NCBI GenBank assembly: GCA_035454845.1
Contig: DATIGH010000025.1
Coordinates: forward strand, 1-38,527
DNA from: Nitrospira sp.
GTDB lineage: Bacteria; Nitrospirota; Nitrospiria; Nitrospirales; Nitrospiraceae
Direction: 5' to 3'
DNA length: 38,527 bases
Part shown: positions 29,800 through 37,671 of the stretch, piece by piece
How positions within the stretch are numbered: position 1 is the stretch's first letter
How the letters are laid out: each line of letters starts with the position of its first letter
Program-made: the position numbers and the translations under genes
The notes under the pieces: generated by a model
The model's database searches: none
The model's input: the letters and a program-made list of their open reading frames with translations, nothing else
Told to the model about the DNA's origin: nothing

Positions 29800-30755
29800 G
29801 CGTGTCCCTCCTTGGCGATGCGCTGGATGACTCGCAGCTTGGCGCTTCGGGATCTCGGGTTGCGATCCGTCTCCGCTTCGGACGGAACTTGCGGTCGTTT
29901 TGTCAAGACCTCAAGCTCACCACCGCTTTCAACTGAAAGCGCTTTGAAGGCCTGCTTCACGATGCGATCCTCGAGGGAATGAAACGAGATGACACATAGC
30001 CGCGCCCCCGGCGCCAAGACGTCTGCCGCATTGCGGAGCGATGCTTCCAGGTGCTCCAGTTCATGATTGACGGCAATGCGCAGCGCCTGGAACGTTCTCG
30101 TCGCGCAATGAATGCGGCTCCGCCGATAATGGCTTGGCACCGCCGACTCAATGACGGCTGCCAGCTGACCGGTACGGGTCAACGCCTCATTGGCGCGGGC
30201 GTTCACGATCGCCCGAGCGATACGACGTGAATAGCGCTCCTCACCCAAACGGTAAATCATGTCCGCGAGATCGGTTTCTCCGAGTCCATTTACGATATCA
30301 GCCGCCGTGGGACCACTGTCTTGGTCCATTCGCATGTCGAGCGGCCCGTCTGATCGAAAACTGAAGCCACGCGAAGGTTCGTCGAACTGAGGTGAAGACA
30401 CACCAAGATCGAATAACACTCCGTGCACGTGGAAAACACCTCGCGCTGCTAGAATCGACTTCAATTCCATAAAATGCGCCTTAATGAGAAACGCACGATC
30501 CGCGAAGGGATGTAACTCCTGCACACCTGCGCTGATAGCTTGAGCATCGCGGTCGATGCCGATAAGAATGCCATGTGGTTGGCTAGCCCGTAGGATTTCT
30601 TGTGCATGCCCACAATACCCCACCGTGCAATCCACGTAGATGCCTCCGGAGTGCGGTCGCAGCCACGACAGCACTTCTGAAGACATGACGGGCAAGTGCG
30701 CAGGATTATGGCTGATCTTATGAAACCCAGATTCACCCACAATCTCCCACGACAC
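29796..30755 (-). CDS. rsmH: 16S rRNA m4C1402 methyltransferase RsmH (MraW)
   Basis: HLPVM, DCTVGYCGH, DLGVSSPQ, RGFSF, GPLDMRM, TRTFQALRI, ISFHSLEDR and NPRSRSAKLR. The start is GTG 30755 or 30740, because the conserved HxPV motif precedes the first ATG (30686). Confidence 0.95.
   Translation of the reverse strand: MSWEIVGESGFHKISHNPAHLPVMSSEVLSWLRPHSGGIYVDCTVGYCGHAQEILRASQPHGILIGIDRDAQAISAGVQELHPFADRAFLIKAHFMELKSILAARGVFHVHGVLFDLGVSSPQFDEPSRGFSFRSDGPLDMRMDQDSGPTAADIVNGLGETDLADMIYRLGEERYSRRIARAIVNARANEALTRTGQLAAVIESAVPSHYRRSRIHCATRTFQALRIAVNHELEHLEASLRNAADVLAPGARLCVISFHSLEDRIVKQAFKALSVESGGELEVLTKRPQVPSEAETDRNPRSRSAKLRVIQRIAKEGHA
30726..30750 (-). repeat. Three direct repeats GTGGG/GTGGG/CTGGG at an exact 10-bp period (MraZ-box-like)
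   Basis: Minus strand GTGGG-agatt-GTGGG-tgaat-CTGGG at 30750-46, 30740-36 and 30730-26, just downstream of the dcw promoter. Confidence 0.75.
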
Positions 30756-30760
30756 GGCGG

Positions 30761-30788
30761 AGTATACTCCTCGTTAAGACATTGTCAA
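30761..30788 (-). promoter_or_regulatory. Sigma70 promoter of the dcw cluster
   Basis: TTGACA (30788-83), 16-nt spacer, TATACT (30766-61), with an AT-rich UP-like tract (TATTTTTTA) immediately upstream. Confidence 0.8.
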
Positions 30789-30955
30789 TAAAAAATACAC
30801 GCACTTACAAGTTTATTTGAACGATCGGAAATGCCGCATTTTATCGCCTATCCGGACCAGTCGTGGGTGTCCGGCAGGGCGCATTGAGGCGCTATTAAGG
30901 GGAAGATTCGTGCGGTCTGCTACTGGGGATTGTGAAGGGCAAGACGAGTAACCGA

Positions 30956-32248
30956 TCAGGGATACAACTTGTAGAGCATCCGTGGAAAGGCAATCGTTTC
31001 CCGCACGTGCTCCAGTCCGCAAATCCACGCGACGGCGCGCTCGATACCCATTCCGAAGCCGGCATGAGGCACGGATCCAAATTGGCGGAGGTCCATGTAC
31101 CATTTGAAGGCATCTTCTGGTAGGTGATGATCCTTTAAACGCGCGCGCAGGAGTTCCGGATCGTGAATGCGCTGTCCGCCACCGATGATTTCTCCATAGC
31201 CCTCCGGAGCCAACACATCCATGCACAGTGCAAGATCCGGCCGTGTCTCGTCCGGTTGCATATAGAAGGCCTTCAATGCGACCGGATAACGATGGACAAT
31301 GACCGGGCGATCGAATGCACGTGAGATGATGGTCTCTTCATCCGCACCAAAATCATCTCCAAGTTTTGTGGGATTATTTCTCTCGTGCAGTATTTCAACG
31401 GCCTCTTCATACGTCACGCGTGGAAACGGCGGCTTCACCGCCTCGAGCTTTGCAACATCTCGCTCCAGCACAGCAAGCTCATGCCTCCTCGTTTCAAGGA
31501 CTCGTTGGACGACAAAGGTCAAAAACTGCTCGGCCAGCTCCATCATGTCCTCCAACTCTGCGAAAGCCACTTCCGGTTCCACCATCCAAAACTCCATCAA
31601 GTGTCGTCGTGTCTTCGATTTTTCGGCCCGAAATGTCGGACCAAAGCAGTACACTTTCCCAAACGCCGCTGCGGTGGCCTCGCTATAGAGCTGACCGCTC
31701 TGCGTCAGATAGGCCGTTTCGTCGAAGTATTGTGTCTGAAAGAGCGTCGTTGTGCCTTCGCACGCGTTGGGAGTGAAGATCGGTGCATCGACAAGGATGA
31801 AGCCTCGCTCGTCAAAGAAGTTCCGGCAGGCTCGGATGATCTCATGCCGCAAGCGCAAGATGGCATGCTGTCGATGCGAGCGCAGCCACAAATGTCGGTG
31901 CTCCATCAAGAAGCCTACACCGTGCTCTTTCGGTTGAATGGGAAAGGGCTGCGCGATCTGGAGCGCTTCAACACGACTGACATCCAGTTCATAGCCTCCC
32001 GGCGCACGATGGTCTTGTCGAAGCTGTCCTGTGAGGGTCAAGGAAGATTCCTGAGTCAGGCTGGCGGAAATCGCGAACTGCTCGTCTCCGACGGCCTTTT
32101 TGCTGACCACTGCCTGCAAGTCTCCGGTGCCGTCCCGAACGGTCAAGAAATGGAGTTTGCCGCTGTCCCGTCGGCTTCGGAGCCACCCCCGGATGGTCAC
32201 TTCCTGACCCACATGCTGTCCAGCTGCATCAATCATGATCACCGACAT
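30956..32248 (-). CDS. asnS: Asparagine--tRNA ligase
   Basis: OB-fold (RGWL, VRDGTG), [47 protein letters not shown] and [14 protein letters not shown] 32248 with GGAGGGGG Shine-Dalgarno. Confidence 0.95.
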   Translation of the reverse strand: MSVIMIDAAGQHVGQEVTIRGWLRSRRDSGKLHFLTVRDGTGDLQAVVSKKAVGDEQFAISASLTQESSLTLTGQLRQDHRAPGGYELDVSRVEALQIAQPFPIQPKEHGVGFLMEHRHLWLRSHRQHAILRLRHEIIRACRNFFDERGFILVDAPIFTPNACEGTTTLFQTQYFDETAYLTQSGQLYSEATAAAFGKVYCFGPTFRAEKSKTRRHLMEFWMVEPEVAFAELEDMMELAEQFLTFVVQRVLETRRHELAVLERDVAKLEAVKPPFPRVTYEEAVEILHERNNPTKLGDDFGADEETIISRAFDRPVIVHRYPVALKAFYMQPDETRPDLALCMDVLAPEGYGEIIGGGQRIHDPELLRARLKDHHLPEDAFKWYMDLRQFGSVPHAGFGMGIERAVAWICGLEHVRETIAFPRMLYKLYP

Positions 32249-32288
32249 GAGAACCCCCTCCTGCGTCACGGTTATCTCGACGGAAGGC

Positions 32289-32369
32289 AGCCTAGCGGAT
32301 TCTCGCTTCTCCATTCAAGAAGATGAAGTTTGGAGGTTTGTTGACAAGGGATCCTCTTGAGATAAGAAT
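32289..32369. promoter_or_regulatory. Divergent promoters for asnS (-) and the secreted repeat protein (+)
   Basis: Minus strand: TTGAAT (32318-13), N18, TAGGCT (32294-89). Plus strand: TTGACA (32341-46), N17, AAGAAT (32364-69). Confidence 0.5.
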
Positions 32370-32375
32370 CGCATT

Positions 32376-33347
32376 ATGCGGAACCACCGACCTCTGAACA
32401 GACACCCGCTCGATGTCATCCTCGTTTGTGCCATTGCCATCTGCGTTTTTCCAGCTCGCACGGGGTCGGCGGCATCAACCATTTACTATTGTCCGGATCG
32501 AAAGAGCGACCAGCAGTATTCGGCGCAGGCAGGCCCCGGCTGCATACCGCTCGTGGATAAAAAGCGGGATGCCGCCGAAGCCACGCCGCCCGGCAATTAC
32601 CAAGTCAACAGCCTGGAGCAGGACGTTGCGGCATTTCTTAGCCAGTATCAGAAGCTTCTTGAGTGCTGCAAGACAGATCTGAACGAGTTGCGGGAAGTCG
32701 AGAAGATGGCCGACGAGGTCGACCAGTTGTTGGCCTCTGCACAAGCGAACCTCTCGAACTATTCGCTCGCCTCAAGAGGAATTATGCTTCGAGAGCTCAT
32801 CACGAGGGTCGCCAATGCCAGAGCCGATCTCAAAATGCTGCACGCACGGCTCGAAGCTATCAATGATCTTGCAGGCCCATCACAAAAAGTTCGGGAAATT
32901 GAGCAGTCCATCGAACGGGACATTCGTGCGCCGAGATTGGCGGGAAGTGCAAAAACCGGGGCGAGCATCGGCGTAGCCCCCTCTGCCGGTCCGGCCATCG
33001 GCCGTAGCCCGAAGACTGGAACGGCGATCGGTCAAGAAGGCCTGACGGGGAACGACATCGGTGTGGCGCCAAAAAGCAGCCGAGACATCGGGAGCAGCGG
33101 ACCTTCAGGCTTCGAAATTGGGGCAACGGGCCGGGCAGGTCCAGCCATCGGAGAATCCACGTTGAACCAGGAAAATTCCTCTGGCGTGGGCTCAACACTT
33201 CAGCGATCGACGATTGGGTCAAGCATCTCGGATTCGACCGTCGGCTCCACGATCACTCCCTCTTCGGTCGGGTCCAGTCTACAAGATACATCGGTCGGAT
33301 CGTCATTTGGGAACTCGTCTGTCGGCTCTAGCTTGCAGAACCGTTGA
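32376..33347 (+). CDS. Hypothetical secreted protein: signal peptide, Cys-pair N-domain, helical/coiled-coil middle, Gly/Ser/Thr-rich repeat C-terminus
   Basis: 323-aa ORF filling the gap between asnS and the BNR gene; hydrophobic VILVCAIAICVF followed by GSAAS; in-register 10-aa and 9-aa repeats. Confidence 0.85.
   Translation: MRNHRPLNRHPLDVILVCAIAICVFPARTGSAASTIYYCPDRKSDQQYSAQAGPGCIPLVDKKRDAAEATPPGNYQVNSLEQDVAAFLSQYQKLLECCKTDLNELREVEKMADEVDQLLASAQANLSNYSLASRGIMLRELITRVANARADLKMLHARLEAINDLAGPSQKVREIEQSIERDIRAPRLAGSAKTGASIGVAPSAGPAIGRSPKTGTAIGQEGLTGNDIGVAPKSSRDIGSSGPSGFEIGATGRAGPAIGESTLNQENSSGVGSTLQRSTIGSSISDSTVGSTITPSSVGSSLQDTSVGSSFGNSSVGSSLQNR
32955..33341 (+). repeat. Coding repeat arrays: 7 x 10 aa (xGxxIGxxxx), then 6 x 9 aa (S[ST][VI]GS[ST]hxx)
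   Basis: TGASIGVAPS/AGPAIGRSPK/TGTAIGQEGL/TGNDIGVAPK/SSRDIGSSGP/SGFEIGATGR/AGPAIGESTL (32955-33164) and SGVGSTLQR/STIGSSISD/STVGSTITP/SSVGSSLQD/TSVGSSFGN/SSVGSSLQN (33180-33341). Confidence 0.9.
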
Positions 33348-33352
33348 GGTGA

Positions 33353-34420
33353 TCAGGGTGCCGCATTGTGGGTGAGTGAAGGCATTGGCTCCCACGTCAC
33401 TCCCGCGTCGCGACTGCGATACAGACCGCTGCCGTTCGTGCCTGCATAGAACACATCTGGATCCGTCGCACTCTGGGCAATCGACCGGACGTTAGTAGTA
33501 GCGAACCCTTCATTCATTGTCTGCCATGTCACGCCCCCGTCTGTGCTCCGGTGGACGCCATCTCGCCCTGCAATAAAGATGACGCCTTTCTTGCTGCGGT
33601 CCAGAATCATGGCAATGATCATTTGATCGGAGAGTGATTCCCCGATCCGGATCCATGAATTTGCGCCATCGGTCGTTTTGAAAAGGCCTGCGAGAGTTGC
33701 GGCGTACACGGTGTCCGGCTCGAACGGGTCGACGTGGATAGAGGTCACGTTCAACGCCCGAGAGCTCTTGATCATGTCAGGCGGTACCAGTCCATTGTTG
33801 ACCTTTTCCCAATGTCCTCCCTCATTCACCGTCTTATAGACTCCCCCGCTGGTGCCTGCATAGAGAATCGCCGGCCGGGTAGGATCCATGCAGAGGGTCA
33901 CAACCATAAGAACCTCTTTCATGCCCTCCATTCTTTTGGTCCAATCTCCGCCGCCGCTCTTCGTCTCAAAAATGCCCATTGTTGTCGCCACAAATATGTG
34001 ATTGCTGTCGTAGGGATCGAATACAAACTGGTTGACGACCGACGATATCGTCGCATCGTCCAATCCAGAGCGCATGGACGCCCAGCGCTGGCCGCCATCG
34101 TAGCTCTTGTACACCGCATCCCCCTTGGTGCCTGCGTACACCGTAGCCGGATAGGACGGATCCACGGCCATCGCAATGACACGTGAATGGCTCATCCCCT
34201 TTGAAATATTGGCCCAAGTCCGGCCGCCGTCCCGCGACTTATAGATGTAATCATTCGTGGTCACATACAGAATATCGGGATTCTTGGGATGGAGTTGGAT
34301 GACGACGATCGGTTCACTGCGATCGCAGCCGAAGAGCCCGAGGGAGAGCAGCAGCCAGACGCCAGCGATCAATCGCGTCACCATCCGCCGGCTCTGTCGA
34401 AGGATAGCATCCCTGTTCAT
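33353..34420 (-). CDS. BNR/Asp-box repeat beta-propeller lipoprotein (YCF48/sortilin-like fold)
   Basis: Lipobox LFGC; seven Asp-box-like motifs (KSRDGGRTW, KSYDGGQRW, ETKSGGGDW, KTVNEGGHW, KTTDGANSW, RSTDGGVTW, RSRDAGVTW); ATGA overlap with yajQ. Confidence 0.88.
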   Translation of the reverse strand: MNRDAILRQSRRMVTRLIAGVWLLLSLGLFGCDRSEPIVVIQLHPKNPDILYVTTNDYIYKSRDGGRTWANISKGMSHSRVIAMAVDPSYPATVYAGTKGDAVYKSYDGGQRWASMRSGLDDATISSVVNQFVFDPYDSNHIFVATTMGIFETKSGGGDWTKRMEGMKEVLMVVTLCMDPTRPAILYAGTSGGVYKTVNEGGHWEKVNNGLVPPDMIKSSRALNVTSIHVDPFEPDTVYAATLAGLFKTTDGANSWIRIGESLSDQMIIAMILDRSKKGVIFIAGRDGVHRSTDGGVTWQTMNEGFATTNVRSIAQSATDPDVFYAGTNGSGLYRSRDAGVTWEPMPSLTHNAAP

Positions 34421-34914
34421 CGATAATTGGTAAACTGCAAGTCAATCCCGAAATCTTTCCCTCGCAGAAAGGCGATCGCCGATTGCAGGTCGTCCTTGCT
34501 CTTGCTCAAGACACGTACCTGCTCACCCTGGATATGAGCCTGCACTTTTAACTTCGAATCCTTTATCGCCTTCGAAATTTCCTTCGCCTTCTCGGAGACC
34601 AGCCCGCTCTGAATCTTCGCCACCTGTCGCACGGTCCCGCTCAAAGCAGGTTCGAGAGCGCCGAACTGAAACGCCTTCAAGGAAACGCCGCGCTTCACAC
34701 ATTTCGCCTTGATGATCTCGTGCACCGCCTTCATCTTATATTCGTCGTCTGATATGACGACCAGCTCCTTCTCTTTCTCCTTGAGAGTTATCTCGGTCTT
34801 AGAATCTTTAAAATCAAACCGCTGCTTGATTTCCTTCGTGGCCTGATCAAGCGCGTTCTTCAATTCCTGCATGTTCACCTCGGACACGACATCGAAGGAA
34901 TATTGGTCAGCCAC
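34417..34914 (-). CDS. yajQ: YajQ family nucleotide/c-di-GMP-binding protein
   Basis: SFDVVSEV, RFDFK, IQGEQVRV.SKSKDDLQ and LQFTNYR. True start is GTG 34914 (165 aa, GGAGG upstream); the ORF-track extension to 35097 overlaps cstA. Confidence 0.93.
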   Translation of the reverse strand: MADQYSFDVVSEVNMQELKNALDQATKEIKQRFDFKDSKTEITLKEKEKELVVISDDEYKMKAVHEIIKAKCVKRGVSLKAFQFGALEPALSGTVRQVAKIQSGLVSEKAKEISKAIKDSKLKVQAHIQGEQVRVLSKSKDDLQSAIAFLRGKDFGIDLQFTNYR

Positions 34915-34939
34915 CCTCAGCCTCCACTCTTCTTTCCAG

Positions 34940-36943
34940 TCAACAACAGCCGGTGCCGTGCGGCAGCCGGAAGCCCTCATCATCCTGCTTGACCGTCGCG
35001 CGCAAGTTTCCAGCCGAACCGCCTCCGGCCATGACCACGATCTCACTGCTGGTAAATGGGCGTTTTTGGATGAGATACCCGTACCACTGTCGAACACTGT
35101 CGCTCAAGACTACCAGGCCCAGGATGGCAACAACCGCCACTAGCCCGGCGTCGACATACAGGGTGAACGCCTTTGCGGCGTCCAGCGTCTCAGCAGTAGC
35201 CACGAACATTTTAAACATCTCATAGGACCCGGTTAGCGTGACCAAGCCGACGAACAGCATAGGCAGCGCCGTAATCCACAGATAGCAAGATTTCCGCATC
35301 TTGATGAGCACGGTCGTCCCGATACAGAGCGCGAGCGTACCCAACAATTGATTCGCAGCGCCAAACATCGGCCAGATGGTGGAAATGCTGCCTGTGGCAA
35401 TCAGGCAAGCCCATGCTCCAACCACAACGCCACTGCTCATTAAAACGCCAGGCAGCCAATTCAATGTCCTGAACGATGGAGACACTCGACCCGCCATTTC
35501 CTGAATGAGATAGCGTGCGACTCGGGTGCCTGTATCGATCGTCGTCAAAATGAACAACGCTTCGAATAGGAGGGCAAACTGGTACCAATAGGCCATCAAC
35601 CCGCCCATCCCCGGCAACGCTGAAAAGATCGACGCCATGCCCACTGCGAGTGAGACGGCACCCCCGGGTCGACCTGCGACCTCGACTTCGACCAAGCGCG
35701 ATAGTTCCTCAATCCGTAGCGGCGGGAAACCCATAGCCGCAAGCATGTCTGATGACAACGTCGTATTAATTGAGAAATAGTCGCCTGGCATCAGCACCGT
35801 GGCCGCCACCAGGGCCATGACGCCGACAAAACTTTCCAGTAGCATGGCCCCATAACCCACTAACGCTTGCGATTCCTGTTCAATCATTTTGGGTGTCGTA
35901 CCGGAGGAAACCAAAGCATGGAACCCTGAGACGGCTCCGCAGGCGATTGTAATGAATAGGAATGGAAACACTGTGCCCGGAATAATGGGCCCGCCCCCGT
36001 CGATGAATCGCGTCAGACGCGGCATTTCTAGAGTTGGGGCCAACAGAATGACCCCAAAGCCGAGAAGAAAAACCACGCCAAGCTTCATGAACGTCGACAG
36101 GTATCCGCGCGGAACCAGGAGCATCCAGCCAGGCAACACCGAAGCGAGAAAGCCGTACCCGGCCAGCAGCCAGACGAGGGTGGATCTATCGTATTCGAAC
36201 CACGCCCCCCACGACGACTGAGCCACAACCCGGCCCAAGAGCACTGCGATAAGTAAGAGGGCCACCCCGAGGACTGAAACCTCGGCGACGGCGCCAGGAC
36301 GGAACTTCTGAAGATAAAAGCCCATGACAAAACCGATAGGCACCGTCATCGCGATGGTGAACGTCCCCCAGGCATTGTGGTAGAGCGCATTCACCACCGC
36401 AAACCCGAGACCAGCCAGCGCCACGACAACAATGAAGAGGACAGCCAGTGCCGTCGCCGTCCCGGTCACGATTCCCAACTCGTCGCGGGCGATTTCCGGA
36501 AGCGACCGCCCATTGCGTCGCATGGACGCCACCAGGATAATGAAATCCTGCACGGCTCCGGCAAGCACTGCACCGATTACCAACCAGAGAAATCCAGGGA
36601 GAAAGCCGAATTGCGCCGCGAGGACAGGGCCCAGCAAGGGACCCGCTCCGGCGATGGCGGCAAAGTGATGGCCGAAGAGGACGACACTACTGGTGGGATG
36701 AAAATTCACCCCGTCGTTCAACCGGACGGCGGGAGTGATGCGCTGGTTGTTCAGTTCGGTCACCCTCCGAGCAAGCCACCGCCCGTAAAAACGATAGGCC
36801 AGCACAAAGAGGCAAGCCGCGGCCACGACCAGCCACAGGGCATTTACCTTTTCATGGGGAGATACGAGACCGGTTACGAAGGCGAGGGCGGCGGTCCCGA
36901 GAAGAGCCACCAATCCCCACAGCAACAGCCTGAGCGCCGACAT
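34940..36943 (-). CDS. cstA: Carbon starvation protein A family transporter (peptide/pyruvate)
   Basis: TPAVRLNDG, GHHFAAIAGAGPLLGP, GAVQD, PRGYLS, FPFLFITIACGAVSGFH, GTTPK, LTTIDTGTR and IWPMFGAANQLL. Start placed at ATG 36943. Confidence 0.93.
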   Translation of the reverse strand: MSALRLLLWGLVALLGTAALAFVTGLVSPHEKVNALWLVVAAACLFVLAYRFYGRWLARRVTELNNQRITPAVRLNDGVNFHPTSSVVLFGHHFAAIAGAGPLLGPVLAAQFGFLPGFLWLVIGAVLAGAVQDFIILVASMRRNGRSLPEIARDELGIVTGTATALAVLFIVVVALAGLGFAVVNALYHNAWGTFTIAMTVPIGFVMGFYLQKFRPGAVAEVSVLGVALLLIAVLLGRVVAQSSWGAWFEYDRSTLVWLLAGYGFLASVLPGWMLLVPRGYLSTFMKLGVVFLLGFGVILLAPTLEMPRLTRFIDGGGPIIPGTVFPFLFITIACGAVSGFHALVSSGTTPKMIEQESQALVGYGAMLLESFVGVMALVAATVLMPGDYFSINTTLSSDMLAAMGFPPLRIEELSRLVEVEVAGRPGGAVSLAVGMASIFSALPGMGGLMAYWYQFALLFEALFILTTIDTGTRVARYLIQEMAGRVSPSFRTLNWLPGVLMSSGVVVGAWACLIATGSISTIWPMFGAANQLLGTLALCIGTTVLIKMRKSCYLWITALPMLFVGLVTLTGSYEMFKMFVATAETLDAAKAFTLYVDAGLVAVVAILGLVVLSDSVRQWYGYLIQKRPFTSSEIVVMAGGGSAGNLRATVKQDDEGFRLPHGTGCC

Positions 36944-36950
36944 GCGGTGC

Positions 36951-36959
36951 ATCCTAGCA
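36951..36959 (-). promoter_or_regulatory. Extended -10 element (TGcTAGGAT) 7 nt before the cstA ATG
   Basis: Minus strand TG-C-TAGGAT-gcaccgc-ATG; no convincing -35. The AGGA inside it could instead be a Shine-Dalgarno. Confidence 0.4.
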
Positions 36960-37029
36960 CAAACACGCCACCGTCCGACGAGCCACAATGAAGGAGGGAG
37001 TGCACAACGAAGAAACGGATCACGTTCGC

Positions 37030-37082
37030 CTGAGTGGATGCCTCGCGCGGCCGACCCAACGACCGGCGAGGCGTTCACTCAG
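37030..37082. other. Long imperfect inverted repeat (about 23-bp stem) between hsp20 and cstA
   Basis: CTGAGTG-GAT-GCCTCGC-G-CGGCCG-ACCCAA-CGACCG-GCGAGGC-GTT-CACTCAG; starts 9 nt after the hsp20 stop; no U-tract. Confidence 0.7.
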
Positions 37083-37091
37083 CAAGGGAAC

Positions 37092-37526
37092 TTAGCCATC
37101 GATGACAATGCGTCGTGGCTTGGCGTCTTCTCGTTTCGGGAATGAAATCGTCAAGAGGCCGTTCTTGTAATTCGCCGACGCGTTAGCATGATCGACAGTC
37201 GTGGGCAGCTTGAAGATCCGCACGAACCGACCATCCGCAATTTCCCGGATGAGATGCTTTCCGGAACCGCTCGTCTCCTCGGTCCTCTCTCCCTTCACGG
37301 ACAGCATCTGGTTATTCACCTCCAAGGCCACATCCTTTGGCTCCCAGCCGGGCAACGCCATCTGAACGTAAAAGCCATTCGAATCTTCCCACGCGTTGCA
37401 GGCCGGAACCCACGCCGCGTCGGACGTGCCAAACGCCCGCAACGCATCTTCAAACACCCGGTCAATTTGACGATCGAACGTGTCCGGACGAACCGTCGAA
37501 AACACAGCAGGCAGATAGGTGCTCAT
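37092..37526 (-). CDS. Small heat-shock protein (Hsp20/alpha-crystallin family)
   Basis: LPGW..KDV.LEV..QMLSVKGER, REI..GRFVRIFKLP and ANYKNGLLTISFPK...PRRIVI; strong GGAGGAGG Shine-Dalgarno. Confidence 0.94.
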   Translation of the reverse strand: MSTYLPAVFSTVRPDTFDRQIDRVFEDALRAFGTSDAAWVPACNAWEDSNGFYVQMALPGWEPKDVALEVNNQMLSVKGERTEETSGSGKHLIREIADGRFVRIFKLPTTVDHANASANYKNGLLTISFPKREDAKPRRIVIDG

Positions 37527-37671
37527 AACTATTCCTCCTCCTCTCCGCGAGAGGTCCGGTTATGGGTAAAAGGTTGATTGGGCTGGAGCGCAGGCCCTCT
37601 GGATCACCAATGCGTGGCACAAGCCGCCACTCTATGCCTACCAGGGCCTGGTCCATCAGCTAATGAGCGAC

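Noticed and set aside
31385-32326. 313-aa antisense ORF over asnS (sense-antisense synthetase idea)
   Set aside because: No class I synthetase motifs (HIGH/KMSKS) or other domain features; explained by codon bias.
34910-34942. Possible selenocysteine readthrough of the cstA TGA after Cys-Cys
   Set aside because: No convincing SECIS hairpin follows. The downstream bases are purine-rich and form the yajQ RBS, and another TGA occurs 11 codons later.
36944-37078. ORF-track N-terminal extensions of cstA (also yajQ, murC, murD, asnS and the 8345 start)
   Set aside because: They run through promoters, hairpins or neighbouring genes and lack family similarity; downstream starts have better signals.
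37614-37640. CIRCE-like dyad upstream of hsp20 (GTGGCACAA-N9-CTATGCCTA)
   Set aside because: Only 9 of 18 positions match TTAGCACTC-N9-GAGTGCTAA; better explained as part of the UTR structure.
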